NCBI GenBank assembly: GCA_039028615.1
Contig: JBCCHT010000006.1
Location: 192,001-256,000, forward strand
DNA: 64,000 bases
Direction of reading: 5' to 3'
From: Myxococcota bacterium
GTDB lineage: Bacteria > Myxococcota_A > Polyangia > Nannocystales > Nannocystaceae
Shown here: positions 1 through 9,813 of the stretch, in pieces
Layout of the letters: each line of letters starts with the position of its first letter
How positions within the stretch are numbered: the stretch's first letter is position 1
The notes under the pieces: generated by a model
The model's input: the letters and a program-made list of their open reading frames with translations, nothing else
Databases searched by the model: none
Told to the model about the DNA's origin: nothing
Program-made: the position numbers and the translations under genes

Positions 1-2
1 GC

Positions 3-3000
3 GTGTTCACGGCGGAACCGCGAGTGCACATCGCGGGCAAGGTCATCAGCTACCTGCCCGAGGCCGGCGCCCCCCAAATGGTGACGGTCCGACCGCACGA
101 GGGCCCGCAGGTCGGCCCCGCAGTGGCGCCCGAGGTGCTCTTCGATCAGCCGGTGACCTTGGCGCAGGCCAAGACCCAGCTCGAAGGCGAGGTCGACGGC
201 AAGCCCTGCGAAATCACCCTGGCTCACCCGGAAAAGGACCTCTTCGACGGCGCCGCCGTCGACCGGGAGCACGTGGTGATCGCCCGCCCCGCCAAGGCGC
301 TCGATGCCGGCTCGTCGCTGGTGCTGCGCGTGAGCGAGCCCGACGGCTCCGACGATGTCGAGTTCGCGTACGAGGTCGCCGAGCCCCTCGCCTTCGAGAA
401 GATCGAGTGCGAGGAGGACTACTGGCGCGACGACACCTGCACGTGGAAGGACCAGGTCCTGTCCACGCAAGGCGAGCGCGTCAAGGTTCGCTTCAACAAC
501 CCCATCGGCACCAGCGACAAGGCCCTCGGGCGCAAGCTGAAGGTGAGCCCTCGGGTCGACGAGCTACGGATCCAGCGCGACCCCTGGGCCAGCGACGGCA
601 CGGTCTGGATCTCGGGTCGCTTCAAGCCCTCGACCACCTACCGGGTCGAGCTCGGCCGGGTCAAAGACCGCTTCGGCTCGCGCAGCGCCGCGCCGCTGAA
701 GTTCGAGGTCGACGTGGCCCCCATGGCGTCGAGCGTCTCGATGCCCGAGGGTCAGCAGGTCCTCGACGAGGCCGCCAGCCGCACCTTTGCCATCACCACC
801 CGCAACGTGAAGGAAGCCCGCCTCGACCTGTGGGAGGTCGAGCCCAACGCACGGGCGTGGACCGAGGCGCGTCAGCGCGTCAGCGCCCGCGAGCGCCCCA
901 TCTCCGCCCCGGACCTGAGCATCCCCGTGCGCCCTCGAAGCCGACGCGACAAGCCGGTCACCACCCGCCTCGACCTGCTCGACTCGTTGGCGCCCGGCAA
1001 GACCTACCTCGCGCGCCTCGAGCTCGGCCACGCCGCATTCGGAGCACCGCCGCCCGCCTATCCCGAGTGGGCGATGGCGGCTCGGCCCTCGACCGCTCTC
1101 ATCACCCCCCACGACGACCGAGCGCTGGCCGTGCACGTGCACGAAGGCACCGACAAGACGCTAATCCAGGTCGCGCGGCTCGGCGACGGCAGTCCGGTCC
1201 GCGGCGCGCAGGTGCTGGTCGACGGGACCCGGCAGCCGGGGATCAAGACCAACGCCGATGGTGTCGCCGTGCTGAAGCGACCGCTCGACGCGGACACCGC
1301 TCGACGCGTGCACGTGGTCGAGGTCGAGTCCGACGATCGCCGCGCCGTGCTGGCCCTGGGTGTCGGCTCGCTCGACGAGCGTGAGCTCGCCCCGGAGCTG
1401 GCCGGCACGCCCGCCCCGCTCGAGGATATCCGCGCCCTGCTGTTCAGCGACCGCGGCGTGTACCGCCCCGGCGCCACCGTGGAGCTCAAGGGCATCGTCC
1501 AGTTCCGCAAGAAGGGCCGCCTCCACCCCGCCCCCGCCATGCCGGTCGGGATGCGCATCCACTCCCCCACGGGCAAGGAGGTCTTCGCCGAAGCCAGCGT
1601 GACCTCGACCATGGGCAGCACGGTGGACAGCTTCTCGGTCCCCGCCAACGCCGAGATCGGCCGCTACCGCGTCGAGCTGGTCGCCCCGCTCCGCGCCAAC
1701 GCGGTCATCGCCCGCTACGGCATACAGGTCGCCGAGTTCGAGCCCCCGCGCTTCACCGTCGACGTGGAGACCAAGGCGGCCGAGAGCGGCAAAAAGCTCG
1801 AGGGCACCGTCAACGGCCGCTACCTGTTCGGCGCGGTGATGGAAGACGCGCCCGTGACCTGGACGCTCCGCCGCAGCCCCGCCGCCATGCCCAAGGGTCC
1901 GCTGCCGAGCAAGGGCTTCGTGTTCCGCCCCGTCCGCAGCTACTGGGAGGACGACGACACCGAGGCGTGGGTCCGCGTGGGTGAAGGCCAGCTCGACGCT
2001 CGCGGCCTGCTCGCGGTGACCCCCGCCGTGGAGCTGCCCGCCGACCAGGGCCCGCAGCGCTTCGTGCTCGAGGCCGAGGTCACCGACGAGTCTCACCGTG
2101 CCATCGCCAGCCGCAGCTCGGTGGTCATGCACCCCTCCGAGCGCTACGCCGGCATCAAGCTCGCCGAGCGCTGGCTCGACGTCGGCACTGCGATTCCCAT
2201 GGAAGCCGGCGTCGTCGACCAGAGCGGCGCCACGGTGAGCGGCGTGCCCGTGGAGCTGAGGCTCGAGCACCTCGAGTGGAAGCGCGTGCGCAAGCCCGGC
2301 CCCGGCGGCGCCGCCAGCCAGCGCTGGCACCAGGTCTCCGAAGAGGTCGCGCGCTGCACCACCAAGGGCGCCGACACCTCGGCGTGCTCGCTGGTGCCCA
2401 AGCGCTCGGGCACCTACCGCGTCAGCGCGTGGCTCGACGGGCGCCGAGGCGGCTCGATGCGCGTCTGGGCCTGGGGCCGCGGCTCCACCACCGCCGCGCC
2501 GTCCCCCGGGCGGCGGCTCGAGATCATCGCCGACCGCAGCGGCTACGAGCCCGGCGACACGGCCGAGCTGATGGTCCGCAACCCCTTCCCCGCGGCCACC
2601 GCGATCCTCACCGTGGAGCAGGGCGGCATCCTGCACCACGAGACGCGGCAGGTGACCGAGTCCGCGGTGCGCTTCGACGTGAAGCTGGGCAACGAGCATG
2701 CCCCGCACGCCCACGCCACCGTGACCCTGCTGCCGCGAGACGCCAAGGACGACGCCCGCGTCGACTGGAAGATCGGCGCGGTGCGGTTGCCCGTCGACCT
2801 GAGCGACAACCGGCTCGACGTCACCATCGCCAGCGACCAAGACCGCTACGCCCCCGGTGACTCGGTAGACATCGTGATCGACGTCAGCCAGTCCGGCACC
2901 GCCATCGAGGGGGCCGAGGTCGCGCTGGCCGTGGTGGACGAAGGCGTCCTGCGCATGACCAACTTCCACGCGCCCGATCCCGTCTCCGCCCTCTACCCGG

Positions 3001-5216
3001 GGCAGGGCCTCAACTTCCGCGTGGACGACAGCCGTCGCCTGCTCGCCGAGCAGCTCGGCCGCAGCCATGTCGCGGGTGACGGCAGCGGAGCCGGAAGCCA
3101 CAGCGTGGTCTCCACCCGCAAGAACTTCGTCAAGACCGCCCTGTGGAAGCCGCAGCTGCGGACCGACGCGGACGGCCGGGCCCACGCTCGCTTCACCTTG
3201 CCCGACAACCTCACCCGCTTCCGCATGATGGCGGTGGTGGTCGACACCGAGGGTCGCGGTGGCGTCGACGAGGACGACTTCGAGGTCCAAAAGCCCCTCA
3301 TGGCCATCCCCGCCGTGCCGCGCTTCGCCCTCATCGGCGACAAGTTCGAGGCCGCCGTGCTGGTGCACAACAACCAGGAGACGACCCAGACCGCGGCGGT
3401 GTCCGAGGGCGGGATGACCAAGACCGTCGAGATCGCCGCGGGCGGCCGGGCGCGCGTGCCCTTCGAGCTGTCCTTCTCCAAGGGCGGCACGAAGCTCCTG
3501 CACTTCACCGTCGCCGACGCCGAGGGCACGGTCCGCGACGCCGTCCAGGTGAAGGTGCCCGTCCAGGCCCCCGGCATCGACGAGCGCCCCAATCTGCACG
3601 GCACCTTCCTCGGGAGCCAGGAGGTCACCCTCCGGGTCCCCGAGAAGGTCTTCGCCGACGCGACCGGGGACGACTTCGTCACCGTCACCATGGGCGAGAA
3701 CCTGTGGCCGGAGCTGGGCACTCGCCTGCAGTACCTGCTCGGCTACCCCCACGGCTGCGTCGAGCAGACCACCTCGAGCACGCTGCCGCTGCTGGCCGCG
3801 CGCGAGATTCTGCCGCGCCTGGGCATGACCCCCTACGACGACGACGAGCTGCGCAAGATGATCGAAGCGGGCGTCGTGCGACTGTCCACCATGCGGACCA
3901 GCGCGGGCGGCCTCGCCTACTGGCCGGGCGGACACGAGCCCAACCCCTTCGGCACCGCCTACGCCACCCTGGCCATCGCCCGCGCCCAGGAGCTGGGCAT
4001 CGAGGCCCCCGAGGGCATGGTCGACGGCATGCGCGACTACATGCTGAGCATGCTCGAGAGCGACTCGTTGCCCCATGGCTACGGGGTCGAGGTCCGTGCC
4101 TCCTTGGCGCTGGCGCTCGCCGAGCTCGAGGCCCTGCCGCCCGAGCGCGCCGACTCGCTGTGGGACACCGTGCCCGCGCAAGGAGCCTTCGGCGTCGGCA
4201 CCCTGGCCCTCGCCCTGTCGACGCTGCCCGGACAAGAGGACCGCGTCGAGAGCCTGCTCGACCAGCTCGAGGCCTCGTTCGGTGACGACGGGACCCTCCG
4301 CTCCGAGCGCAAGGACGACGACTTCCTCTACTTCGGTTCCGATCGTCGCACCACGGCGCAGGCCTTGATCGCCTTGCACCGCCTGCGCCCGCAGTCGCGG
4401 GTCGTGCCCCACCTCGTGGGCAACCTCGTCCGCATGACGCCGGGCTACACCACCCAGAGCACCGCGTACTCGCTGCTCGCCCTGGCCGAGAAGATCCAGG
4501 ACGAGGACGGCACCGCGTCTCGTCAGCGGGCCCTGCTCGACGGCGAGGTGCTCACCCCCGAGGTCTCGGGCGCCATGGCGCTGGGCCCCAACATCCGTCG
4601 CTATCGGATCCCGCTGTCGAAGCTGCGCGGGCGCTCGATGACCCTGACCCTGCAGAGCGAGTCCACCCGTGCCCAGGCCTTCATGGTCTCGGCCCGCTGG
4701 CGCCGAGCCGGCGCGGGTACGGAGACGCTCGCCGAGACCACCAGCGAGCACGGCCCCGACCTGTACCGCGTGTACACCGATGCCAAGGGGCGCTCCATCG
4801 ACCCCACCGCCATCGAGCCGGGACAGGTCCTGCGGGTGGTGTTGCTCGCCCGCATGCCGCGGGACCTGCCGAGTGAGCGACGCGGCTACCTGGCCCTGAC
4901 CGATCGGATCCCCGCCGGATTCGAAGCCATGCAACCCGACCTGTGGACGGTGGCCACCGTGCCCGAGCTCGACGACTCGCACCCGCTGTACGACCACCTG
5001 CGGTGGCGCGGAGGCTCAGCGGACCACCTCGAGCTGCGGGACGACCGAGCCCACTTCTACTTCGACCGTGTCTGGGGACAGTGGGCGCATGCCACCTACC
5101 TCATCCGCGCGACCACGCCGGGCATCTTCGCCACGCCGCCGGCCATGGCGGAGCTGATGTACGAGCCGGACAGCGCTGGCTACACCGACGCTCGCAACTT
5201 CACCGTCGTCCAGTAA
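3..5216 (+). CDS. Bacterial alpha-2-macroglobulin family protein (5'-truncated by window)
   Basis: 1737-aa ORF with thioester motif GYPHGCVEQ, MG-domain motifs (SDRGVYRPG, LPDNLTRFRMMAV) and C-terminal AELMYEP; followed by PBP1C. Confidence 0.95.
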   Translation: MFTAEPRVHIAGKVISYLPEAGAPQMVTVRPHEGPQVGPAVAPEVLFDQPVTLAQAKTQLEGEVDGKPCEITLAHPEKDLFDGAAVDREHVVIARPAKALDAGSSLVLRVSEPDGSDDVEFAYEVAEPLAFEKIECEEDYWRDDTCTWKDQVLSTQGERVKVRFNNPIGTSDKALGRKLKVSPRVDELRIQRDPWASDGTVWISGRFKPSTTYRVELGRVKDRFGSRSAAPLKFEVDVAPMASSVSMPEGQQVLDEAASRTFAITTRNVKEARLDLWEVEPNARAWTEARQRVSARERPISAPDLSIPVRPRSRRDKPVTTRLDLLDSLAPGKTYLARLELGHAAFGAPPPAYPEWAMAARPSTALITPHDDRALAVHVHEGTDKTLIQVARLGDGSPVRGAQVLVDGTRQPGIKTNADGVAVLKRPLDADTARRVHVVEVESDDRRAVLALGVGSLDERELAPELAGTPAPLEDIRALLFSDRGVYRPGATVELKGIVQFRKKGRLHPAPAMPVGMRIHSPTGKEVFAEASVTSTMGSTVDSFSVPANAEIGRYRVELVAPLRANAVIARYGIQVAEFEPPRFTVDVETKAAESGKKLEGTVNGRYLFGAVMEDAPVTWTLRRSPAAMPKGPLPSKGFVFRPVRSYWEDDDTEAWVRVGEGQLDARGLLAVTPAVELPADQGPQRFVLEAEVTDESHRAIASRSSVVMHPSERYAGIKLAERWLDVGTAIPMEAGVVDQSGATVSGVPVELRLEHLEWKRVRKPGPGGAASQRWHQVSEEVARCTTKGADTSACSLVPKRSGTYRVSAWLDGRRGGSMRVWAWGRGSTTAAPSPGRRLEIIADRSGYEPGDTAELMVRNPFPAATAILTVEQGGILHHETRQVTESAVRFDVKLGNEHAPHAHATVTLLPRDAKDDARVDWKIGAVRLPVDLSDNRLDVTIASDQDRYAPGDSVDIVIDVSQSGTAIEGAEVALAVVDEGVLRMTNFHAPDPVSALYPGQGLNFRVDDSRRLLAEQLGRSHVAGDGSGAGSHSVVSTRKNFVKTALWKPQLRTDADGRAHARFTLPDNLTRFRMMAVVVDTEGRGGVDEDDFEVQKPLMAIPAVPRFALIGDKFEAAVLVHNNQETTQTAAVSEGGMTKTVEIAAGGRARVPFELSFSKGGTKLLHFTVADAEGTVRDAVQVKVPVQAPGIDERPNLHGTFLGSQEVTLRVPEKVFADATGDDFVTVTMGENLWPELGTRLQYLLGYPHGCVEQTTSSTLPLLAAREILPRLGMTPYDDDELRKMIEAGVVRLSTMRTSAGGLAYWPGGHEPNPFGTAYATLAIARAQELGIEAPEGMVDGMRDYMLSMLESDSLPHGYGVEVRASLALALAELEALPPERADSLWDTVPAQGAFGVGTLALALSTLPGQEDRVESLLDQLEASFGDDGTLRSERKDDDFLYFGSDRRTTAQALIALHRLRPQSRVVPHLVGNLVRMTPGYTTQSTAYSLLALAEKIQDEDGTASRQRALLDGEVLTPEVSGAMALGPNIRRYRIPLSKLRGRSMTLTLQSESTRAQAFMVSARWRRAGAGTETLAETTSEHGPDLYRVYTDAKGRSIDPTAIEPGQVLRVVLLARMPRDLPSERRGYLALTDRIPAGFEAMQPDLWTVATVPELDDSHPLYDHLRWRGGSADHLELRDDRAHFYFDRVWGQWAHATYLIRATTPGIFATPPAMAELMYEPDSAGYTDARNFTVVQ

Positions 5217-5248
5217 GCCCCGCTCGACCAAAAACCGGAGACCACGTC

Positions 5249-7696
5249 ATGGACCGCCGATCCCCGACCCCCCCGAAGCGCACTCGACCTCGCCGCCGCC
5301 GTCGGATCGTCGTCGTCGCGCTCGGCCTGCTGGTGACCGTGGCGTGGATCTCCTGGGCGGCCATGTGGTCGTGGCTCCGCAGCGAGGTCGACCGCCCGCG
5401 CGAGTCGCTGAACGACGACTGGTACTCCGGGCACCGGGTCCTCGACCGCGAGGGCCGGCTGCTCCGCGAGCTGCCCGGTGAAGAGGGTCGACGCGGGCAG
5501 CCGCTCGCGCTCGACGAGGTCGGACCGCGACTCATCGCCGCCACCGTGGTCAGCGAGGACGCGCGCTTCTTCGAGCACGAGGGCGTCGACGGCGGGGCCA
5601 TCGTGCGGGCGGTGGGACAGAACCTTCGGCATCGGCGCGTCGTCTCGGGCGCGAGCACCATCACCCAGCAGCTCGTCAAACTCCTGGATACCCGCGGTCA
5701 GCCCGGCGTCCGCGATCCGTGGGTCAAGCTGCGCGAGGCGGCCCGGGCTGCCAACCTCGACGAGGCGCTCGCCAAAGAAGAAATCCTCGAAGCCTATCTC
5801 AATCGCCTTCCCTACGGCCATGGGCTCGTGGGGCCCGAGGCTGCCGCACGAGGCTACTTCGGCGTGGCCGCCCGCGACCTGTCGTGGAGTCAGGCTGCGT
5901 TCCTCGCCGTGCTGCCGCGCGCCCCCTCGTTCCTCGATCCCTATCGTCACCACGACCGCGTCACCTTGCGGCAGCACGCCCTGCTGCACGCTCTGCACAA
6001 CGCCGGTGAAATCGATGAGCCGCAGCTGCACCGTGCTCTGGCGGAGGCCGTCAAACCGCGTGAGCTCGAGCGTCCTTTTTCCGCTCCGCACCTGGTGGAG
6101 ACCCTGCGCCAGCGCGGTCAGCTGAGCTCGGGCACCACCACGCGCACGACCCTCGACCTGCCGTTGCAGCAGGACGTCGAGGGGCTCGTTCGGACCCACA
6201 TGGCCCGCATGGTCGAGCACGGCGCGGGCGATGCCGCCGTGCTGGTCGTCGACAACGCCACCGCCGAAGTGCTCGCCTACGTCGGCTCAGCCGACTTCCA
6301 TGATCCCACCATCGCCGGCCAGGTCGACATGGTCGTCGCCCCGCGCCAGCCCGGCTCCACGCTCAAGCCCTTCGTCTACGCGCTGGCCTTCGAGCAGGGC
6401 CACTCGCCCGTCGAGCTTTTGGCCGACGTCCCCACCACCTTCCGCGAGGGGCCGGGGCACGTCTACGCCCCCCGCAACTACCACGGCCAATTCACCGGTC
6501 CCGTCTCCGCTCGCGTGGCCTTGGCGACCAGCCTCAACGTGCCCGCCGTGCGCCTCGCCGCCGATCTACCCCACGGCGAGCTGCTCGAGACGCTCCAGAG
6601 TCTGGGTCTGCACAGCCTGACCGAGCCCGCCGAGCACTACGGCCTCGCATTGGCCTTGGGCAGCGGCGAAGTCGGCCTCCGCGAGCTGACCGAGGCCTAT
6701 GTCGCGCTGGCGCATGGCGGTGAACATCGACCCCTGCGCACCATCCTCGACGCCTCGGAAGGCCCCCGCACGCAGGTCTTCGAGCCCTACGCCGCCGCGG
6801 CCATCACCGAGGCGCTGTCGGACCCGATGGCCCGCATTCGCCTGTTGCCCGCCGGCCATCGCCCCTTCGACATCGGCTTTCCCGTCGCGCTCAAGACCGG
6901 CACCAGCTCGGGCTACCGCGACGCCTGGACGGTCGGCTTCACCCACGAGCGTACCGTGGCGGTGTGGATCGGCAACGCCGATGCCACGGCCATGAACGAG
7001 GTCACGGGAGCGGGCGGAGCGGGTCCTTTGTTCGCCGACGTCATGCGGCGCGCCATGGAGACCGTGCCCACTCGCGAGCCGCTGTGGGACTCTTCGCTGC
7101 TGACGACGGTGGAGGTCTGCCCGTTCTCCGGCCAGCGCCCGGGGCCCGCCTGTCCGCATGCGGTTCAGCGCAAGCTTGCGCATGAGCACATTCCCCATGA
7201 GGCGTGCACGATGCATGTGCACGCGACGCCTCGCCCCTCGACCTCGCGGCCTTTCACCTGCGACCCCGAAGGGCATGCCTCCATCGCGGTGCTGCCCGAG
7301 GAGTACAACGGCTGGCTCGACGAGCGGCCGGTCGGGGCGCCGGGCGAGGATGCCAACGGCACGCCGTGGCTGGCTCGTGCGCGGGTTCCGGGCTGCGCCG
7401 AGCAGACCGATCGTCCGACGATGGCGATCGTGGAGCCCGTGAATGGGGCGGTGGTGTGGTCGGGGCGCGATGGTGATGTGGTCGAGTTGCGGGCGGAGCT
7501 TCAGGGGACGACTCGGGAGCCGGACACGGTTGTTTCGGAGGTCGAGTTTGTGGCCGATGGTGAGGTGGTGGCTCGGAGTGCTTGGCCGTATCGGGCGTTG
7601 GTGGAGTTGGGGCCTGGGGATCACCGGGTGGTGGCGCGGCCTCGTCGATCGCGGTCGGGCATGCCTACGCAGGGCGCTCGCTTTAGTGTTCGGTGA
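5249..7696 (+). CDS. pbpC: Penicillin-binding protein 1C (transglycosylase/transpeptidase)
   Basis: N-terminal TM; EDARFFEHEGVD and GASTITQQLVK transglycosylase motifs; STLK, SLN, KTG transpeptidase motifs; ATG 5249 with GGAG upstream; canonical A2M partner. Confidence 0.92.
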   Translation: MDRRSPTPPKRTRPRRRRRIVVVALGLLVTVAWISWAAMWSWLRSEVDRPRESLNDDWYSGHRVLDREGRLLRELPGEEGRRGQPLALDEVGPRLIAATVVSEDARFFEHEGVDGGAIVRAVGQNLRHRRVVSGASTITQQLVKLLDTRGQPGVRDPWVKLREAARAANLDEALAKEEILEAYLNRLPYGHGLVGPEAAARGYFGVAARDLSWSQAAFLAVLPRAPSFLDPYRHHDRVTLRQHALLHALHNAGEIDEPQLHRALAEAVKPRELERPFSAPHLVETLRQRGQLSSGTTTRTTLDLPLQQDVEGLVRTHMARMVEHGAGDAAVLVVDNATAEVLAYVGSADFHDPTIAGQVDMVVAPRQPGSTLKPFVYALAFEQGHSPVELLADVPTTFREGPGHVYAPRNYHGQFTGPVSARVALATSLNVPAVRLAADLPHGELLETLQSLGLHSLTEPAEHYGLALALGSGEVGLRELTEAYVALAHGGEHRPLRTILDASEGPRTQVFEPYAAAAITEALSDPMARIRLLPAGHRPFDIGFPVALKTGTSSGYRDAWTVGFTHERTVAVWIGNADATAMNEVTGAGGAGPLFADVMRRAMETVPTREPLWDSSLLTTVEVCPFSGQRPGPACPHAVQRKLAHEHIPHEACTMHVHATPRPSTSRPFTCDPEGHASIAVLPEEYNGWLDERPVGAPGEDANGTPWLARARVPGCAEQTDRPTMAIVEPVNGAVVWSGRDGDVVELRAELQGTTREPDTVVSEVEFVADGEVVARSAWPYRALVELGPGDHRVVARPRRSRSGMPTQGARFSVR

Positions 7697-7707
7697 TCGA
7701 GTTTAGT

Positions 7708-8465
7708 CCGCGTCATCTCGCGTGCGTACATCCGGTAGGCTCTGCTCTATCGATGGCTGGGAGTGCTTCGAGGCCGCCTGCACGTGTTTCGAGCGAAGGG
7801 CTCGCCTGTTGACGGCTGGATCCCTCCCCGGACGTGCTCGTCGGTCGTTGCACCCGGCTGTTTCGCGACCACATTGGGGAACGACTCCGCGCGACCGGGC
7901 CCCCTCCATCCTACGCGGCTTCGCTTCAGCCCTCCCCCCGCGTCGTCTCCCGTCCGTACAGCGATCAGTTCCTGCTCTATCGATTGCTAGGAATGCTCCG
8001 CATTGGCTTGCGAATGTTCGAGCGAAGGGCTCGCCTGTTGACGGCTGGACCCCTCCCCGGACGTGCTCGTCGGTCGTTGCACCCGGGTGCTTCGCGGCGG
8101 TACTGGGGAACGACTCCGCGCGACCGGGCCCCCTCCATCCTACGCGGCTTCGCTTCAGCCCTCCCCCTGCAGCACCTCCCGTGCGTGCACTCAGCAGTTC
8201 CTGCTCTATCGATGGCCAGGAGTGCTTCGCATTGGCTCGCGGAGTGTTCGAGCGAAGGGCTCGCCTGTTGACGGCTGGACCCCTCCCCGGACGTGCTCGT
8301 CGGTCGTTGCACTCGGCTGCTTCGCGGCCACTTGGGGAACGACTCCGCGCGACCGGGCCCCCTCGATCCTACGCGGCTTCGCTTCAGCCCTCCCCCCGCG
8401 TCGTCTCCCGTGCGAGCACACAACGAACCCAGCTCTGTCGAAGGCCAGGAGCCCTTCGCGTTGGC
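7708..8465 (+). repeat. Tandem array of ~230-bp repeat (about 3.3 copies)
   Basis: CTGCTCTATCGAT recurs at 7742, 7972, 8201 and (degenerate) ~8431; period 229-230 bp; two near-invariant ~60-bp blocks per unit. Confidence 0.95.
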
Positions 8466-8647
8466 GCCGGCGGTCGGCAGAGGCTGTGGCTTGCAGCCAC
8501 TCTCCAGCTGTTCGTAGCCCGTTCTGCAGCCTGGCGGTTTGGAACGTTTGGGCGTTCCGTCTACGGCTACTGCGGCGAAAGTGATTTCCCTGGCATCAGG
8601 CCGAGTCACGTTGATCCCGGAGTTTTGGCCAGTGTTTCCTCGGCCGC

Positions 8648-9169
8648 ATGGTGGGTCGTATCCTGTGGCCGCAGAGTTGTCTCTCGATGAGTTCGTCGAC
8701 CTCCAAGCTCTACCTCGTGCCACCTCTGGAGCCCGGGAGTTTCGACTGGCAGATCTGGTTGACCGAAGACGAGGCGAACGATCCCTACGAGAAATCCGCT
8801 CATGTGAACGACGGCACCCGTTATCTCGTCGTTCTCGAGGGCATGGCACTGGCCGAGTGCACGGCCCACCACCTCTCGGAGGTGTACTTGTGGAGCGATG
8901 GTTCGGGGGACCACGACAACTACGTAGTCCTTCGCATCGAGGTCGTGCTGGACTCCGAGCGCTGGCAGACGCTGCCGTGGGGCCACCGTTCCCCGGGCGA
9001 GCTGTTCTACGGGTGGAGTCACTACGAGGACGAAATGATCCGCGACGACCCCGAAGGCATCGGTTGGAAAATGGCGAGCTGGGAAGAAGTCGAGCAAGCA
9101 CTCGCGGCCGGAGAATGCAGGCTGGAGTACTTCGACGGCCACCGACACCCGCCAAAGCCCCAAGCGTGA
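8648..9169 (+). CDS. Orphan acidic hypothetical protein (alternative start 8687)
   Basis: 173-aa ORF with protein-like composition, acidic and Trp/Tyr-rich; no recognisable motif; lies between the two repeat arrays. Confidence 0.7.
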   Translation: MVGRILWPQSCLSMSSSTSKLYLVPPLEPGSFDWQIWLTEDEANDPYEKSAHVNDGTRYLVVLEGMALAECTAHHLSEVYLWSDGSGDHDNYVVLRIEVVLDSERWQTLPWGHRSPGELFYGWSHYEDEMIRDDPEGIGWKMASWEEVEQALAAGECRLEYFDGHRHPPKPQA

Positions 9170-9265
9170 ACATCAGCTGGACAGGACCACATCGTTCCTC
9201 ATGGTAAGAACTCCCCTGTCACAACTCGTTACACAGACCTTCTCGCCCAGCCCCAAACTACGCTT

Positions 9266-9745
9266 CACCTCGAAGCACTCCCCCCCCCATCGATAGAGCG
9301 GGGCCTGCTGTATGCGCGCACGGGAGATGATGCGCGGGGAGGGCTGAAGCGAAGCCGCGTAGGATGGAGGGGGCCCGGTCGCGCGGAGTCGTTCCCCAAT
9401 GTGGTCGCGAAGCAGCCGGGTATAACTACCGACGAGCACGTCCGGGGAGGGATCCAGCCGTCAACAGGCGAGCCCTTCGTTCGAACACTCGGTAAGCCAC
9501 CTCGAAGCACTCCCCCCCATCGATAGAGCAGGGCCCACTGGCGGTACGCACGGGAGACGACGCACGGGGAGGGCTGAAGCGAAGCCGCGTAGGATGGAGG
9601 GGGCCCGGTCGCGCGGAGTCGTTCCCCAAAGCGGTCGCGAAGCACCCCGCTGCAACTACCGACGAGCACGTCCGGGGAGGGATCCAGCCGTCAACAGGCG
9701 AGCCCTTCGCTCGAACATTCCGCCAGCCCCCTCCAAGCACTCCCG
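9266..9745 (-). repeat. Inverted array of the same ~230-bp repeat (about 2 copies)
   Basis: Reverse complement of the 7708-8465 unit; CACCTCGAAGCACTCCC at 9266, 9498 and degenerate at ~9729. Confidence 0.95.
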
Positions 9746-9813
9746 ACCAACGCCAAAGCCCCCTCGGCAGCTCCCAAGGTGCGCCGTCCCCCCAGCCTCC
9801 CGCCGAGACGAAT

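Noticed and set aside
1161..4997. Long antisense ORFs (also 13902-16673, 21352-23781, 51364-53805, 54139-56109)
   Set aside because: Shadow frames of real genes, expected with high-GC codon bias; no motifs
3..7696. A2M-PBP1C pair as a novel system
   Set aside because: Well-established bacterial gene pair
7722..8690. ORFs running through the repeat arrays (also 7977-9173, 9265-9669)
   Set aside because: Period of 229-232 bp shifts frame between copies and translations are Arg/Pro/Ser-rich noise
7708..9745. CRISPR array
   Set aside because: Unit is ~230 bp, variable parts are alignable homologues rather than unique spacers, and no cas genes are present
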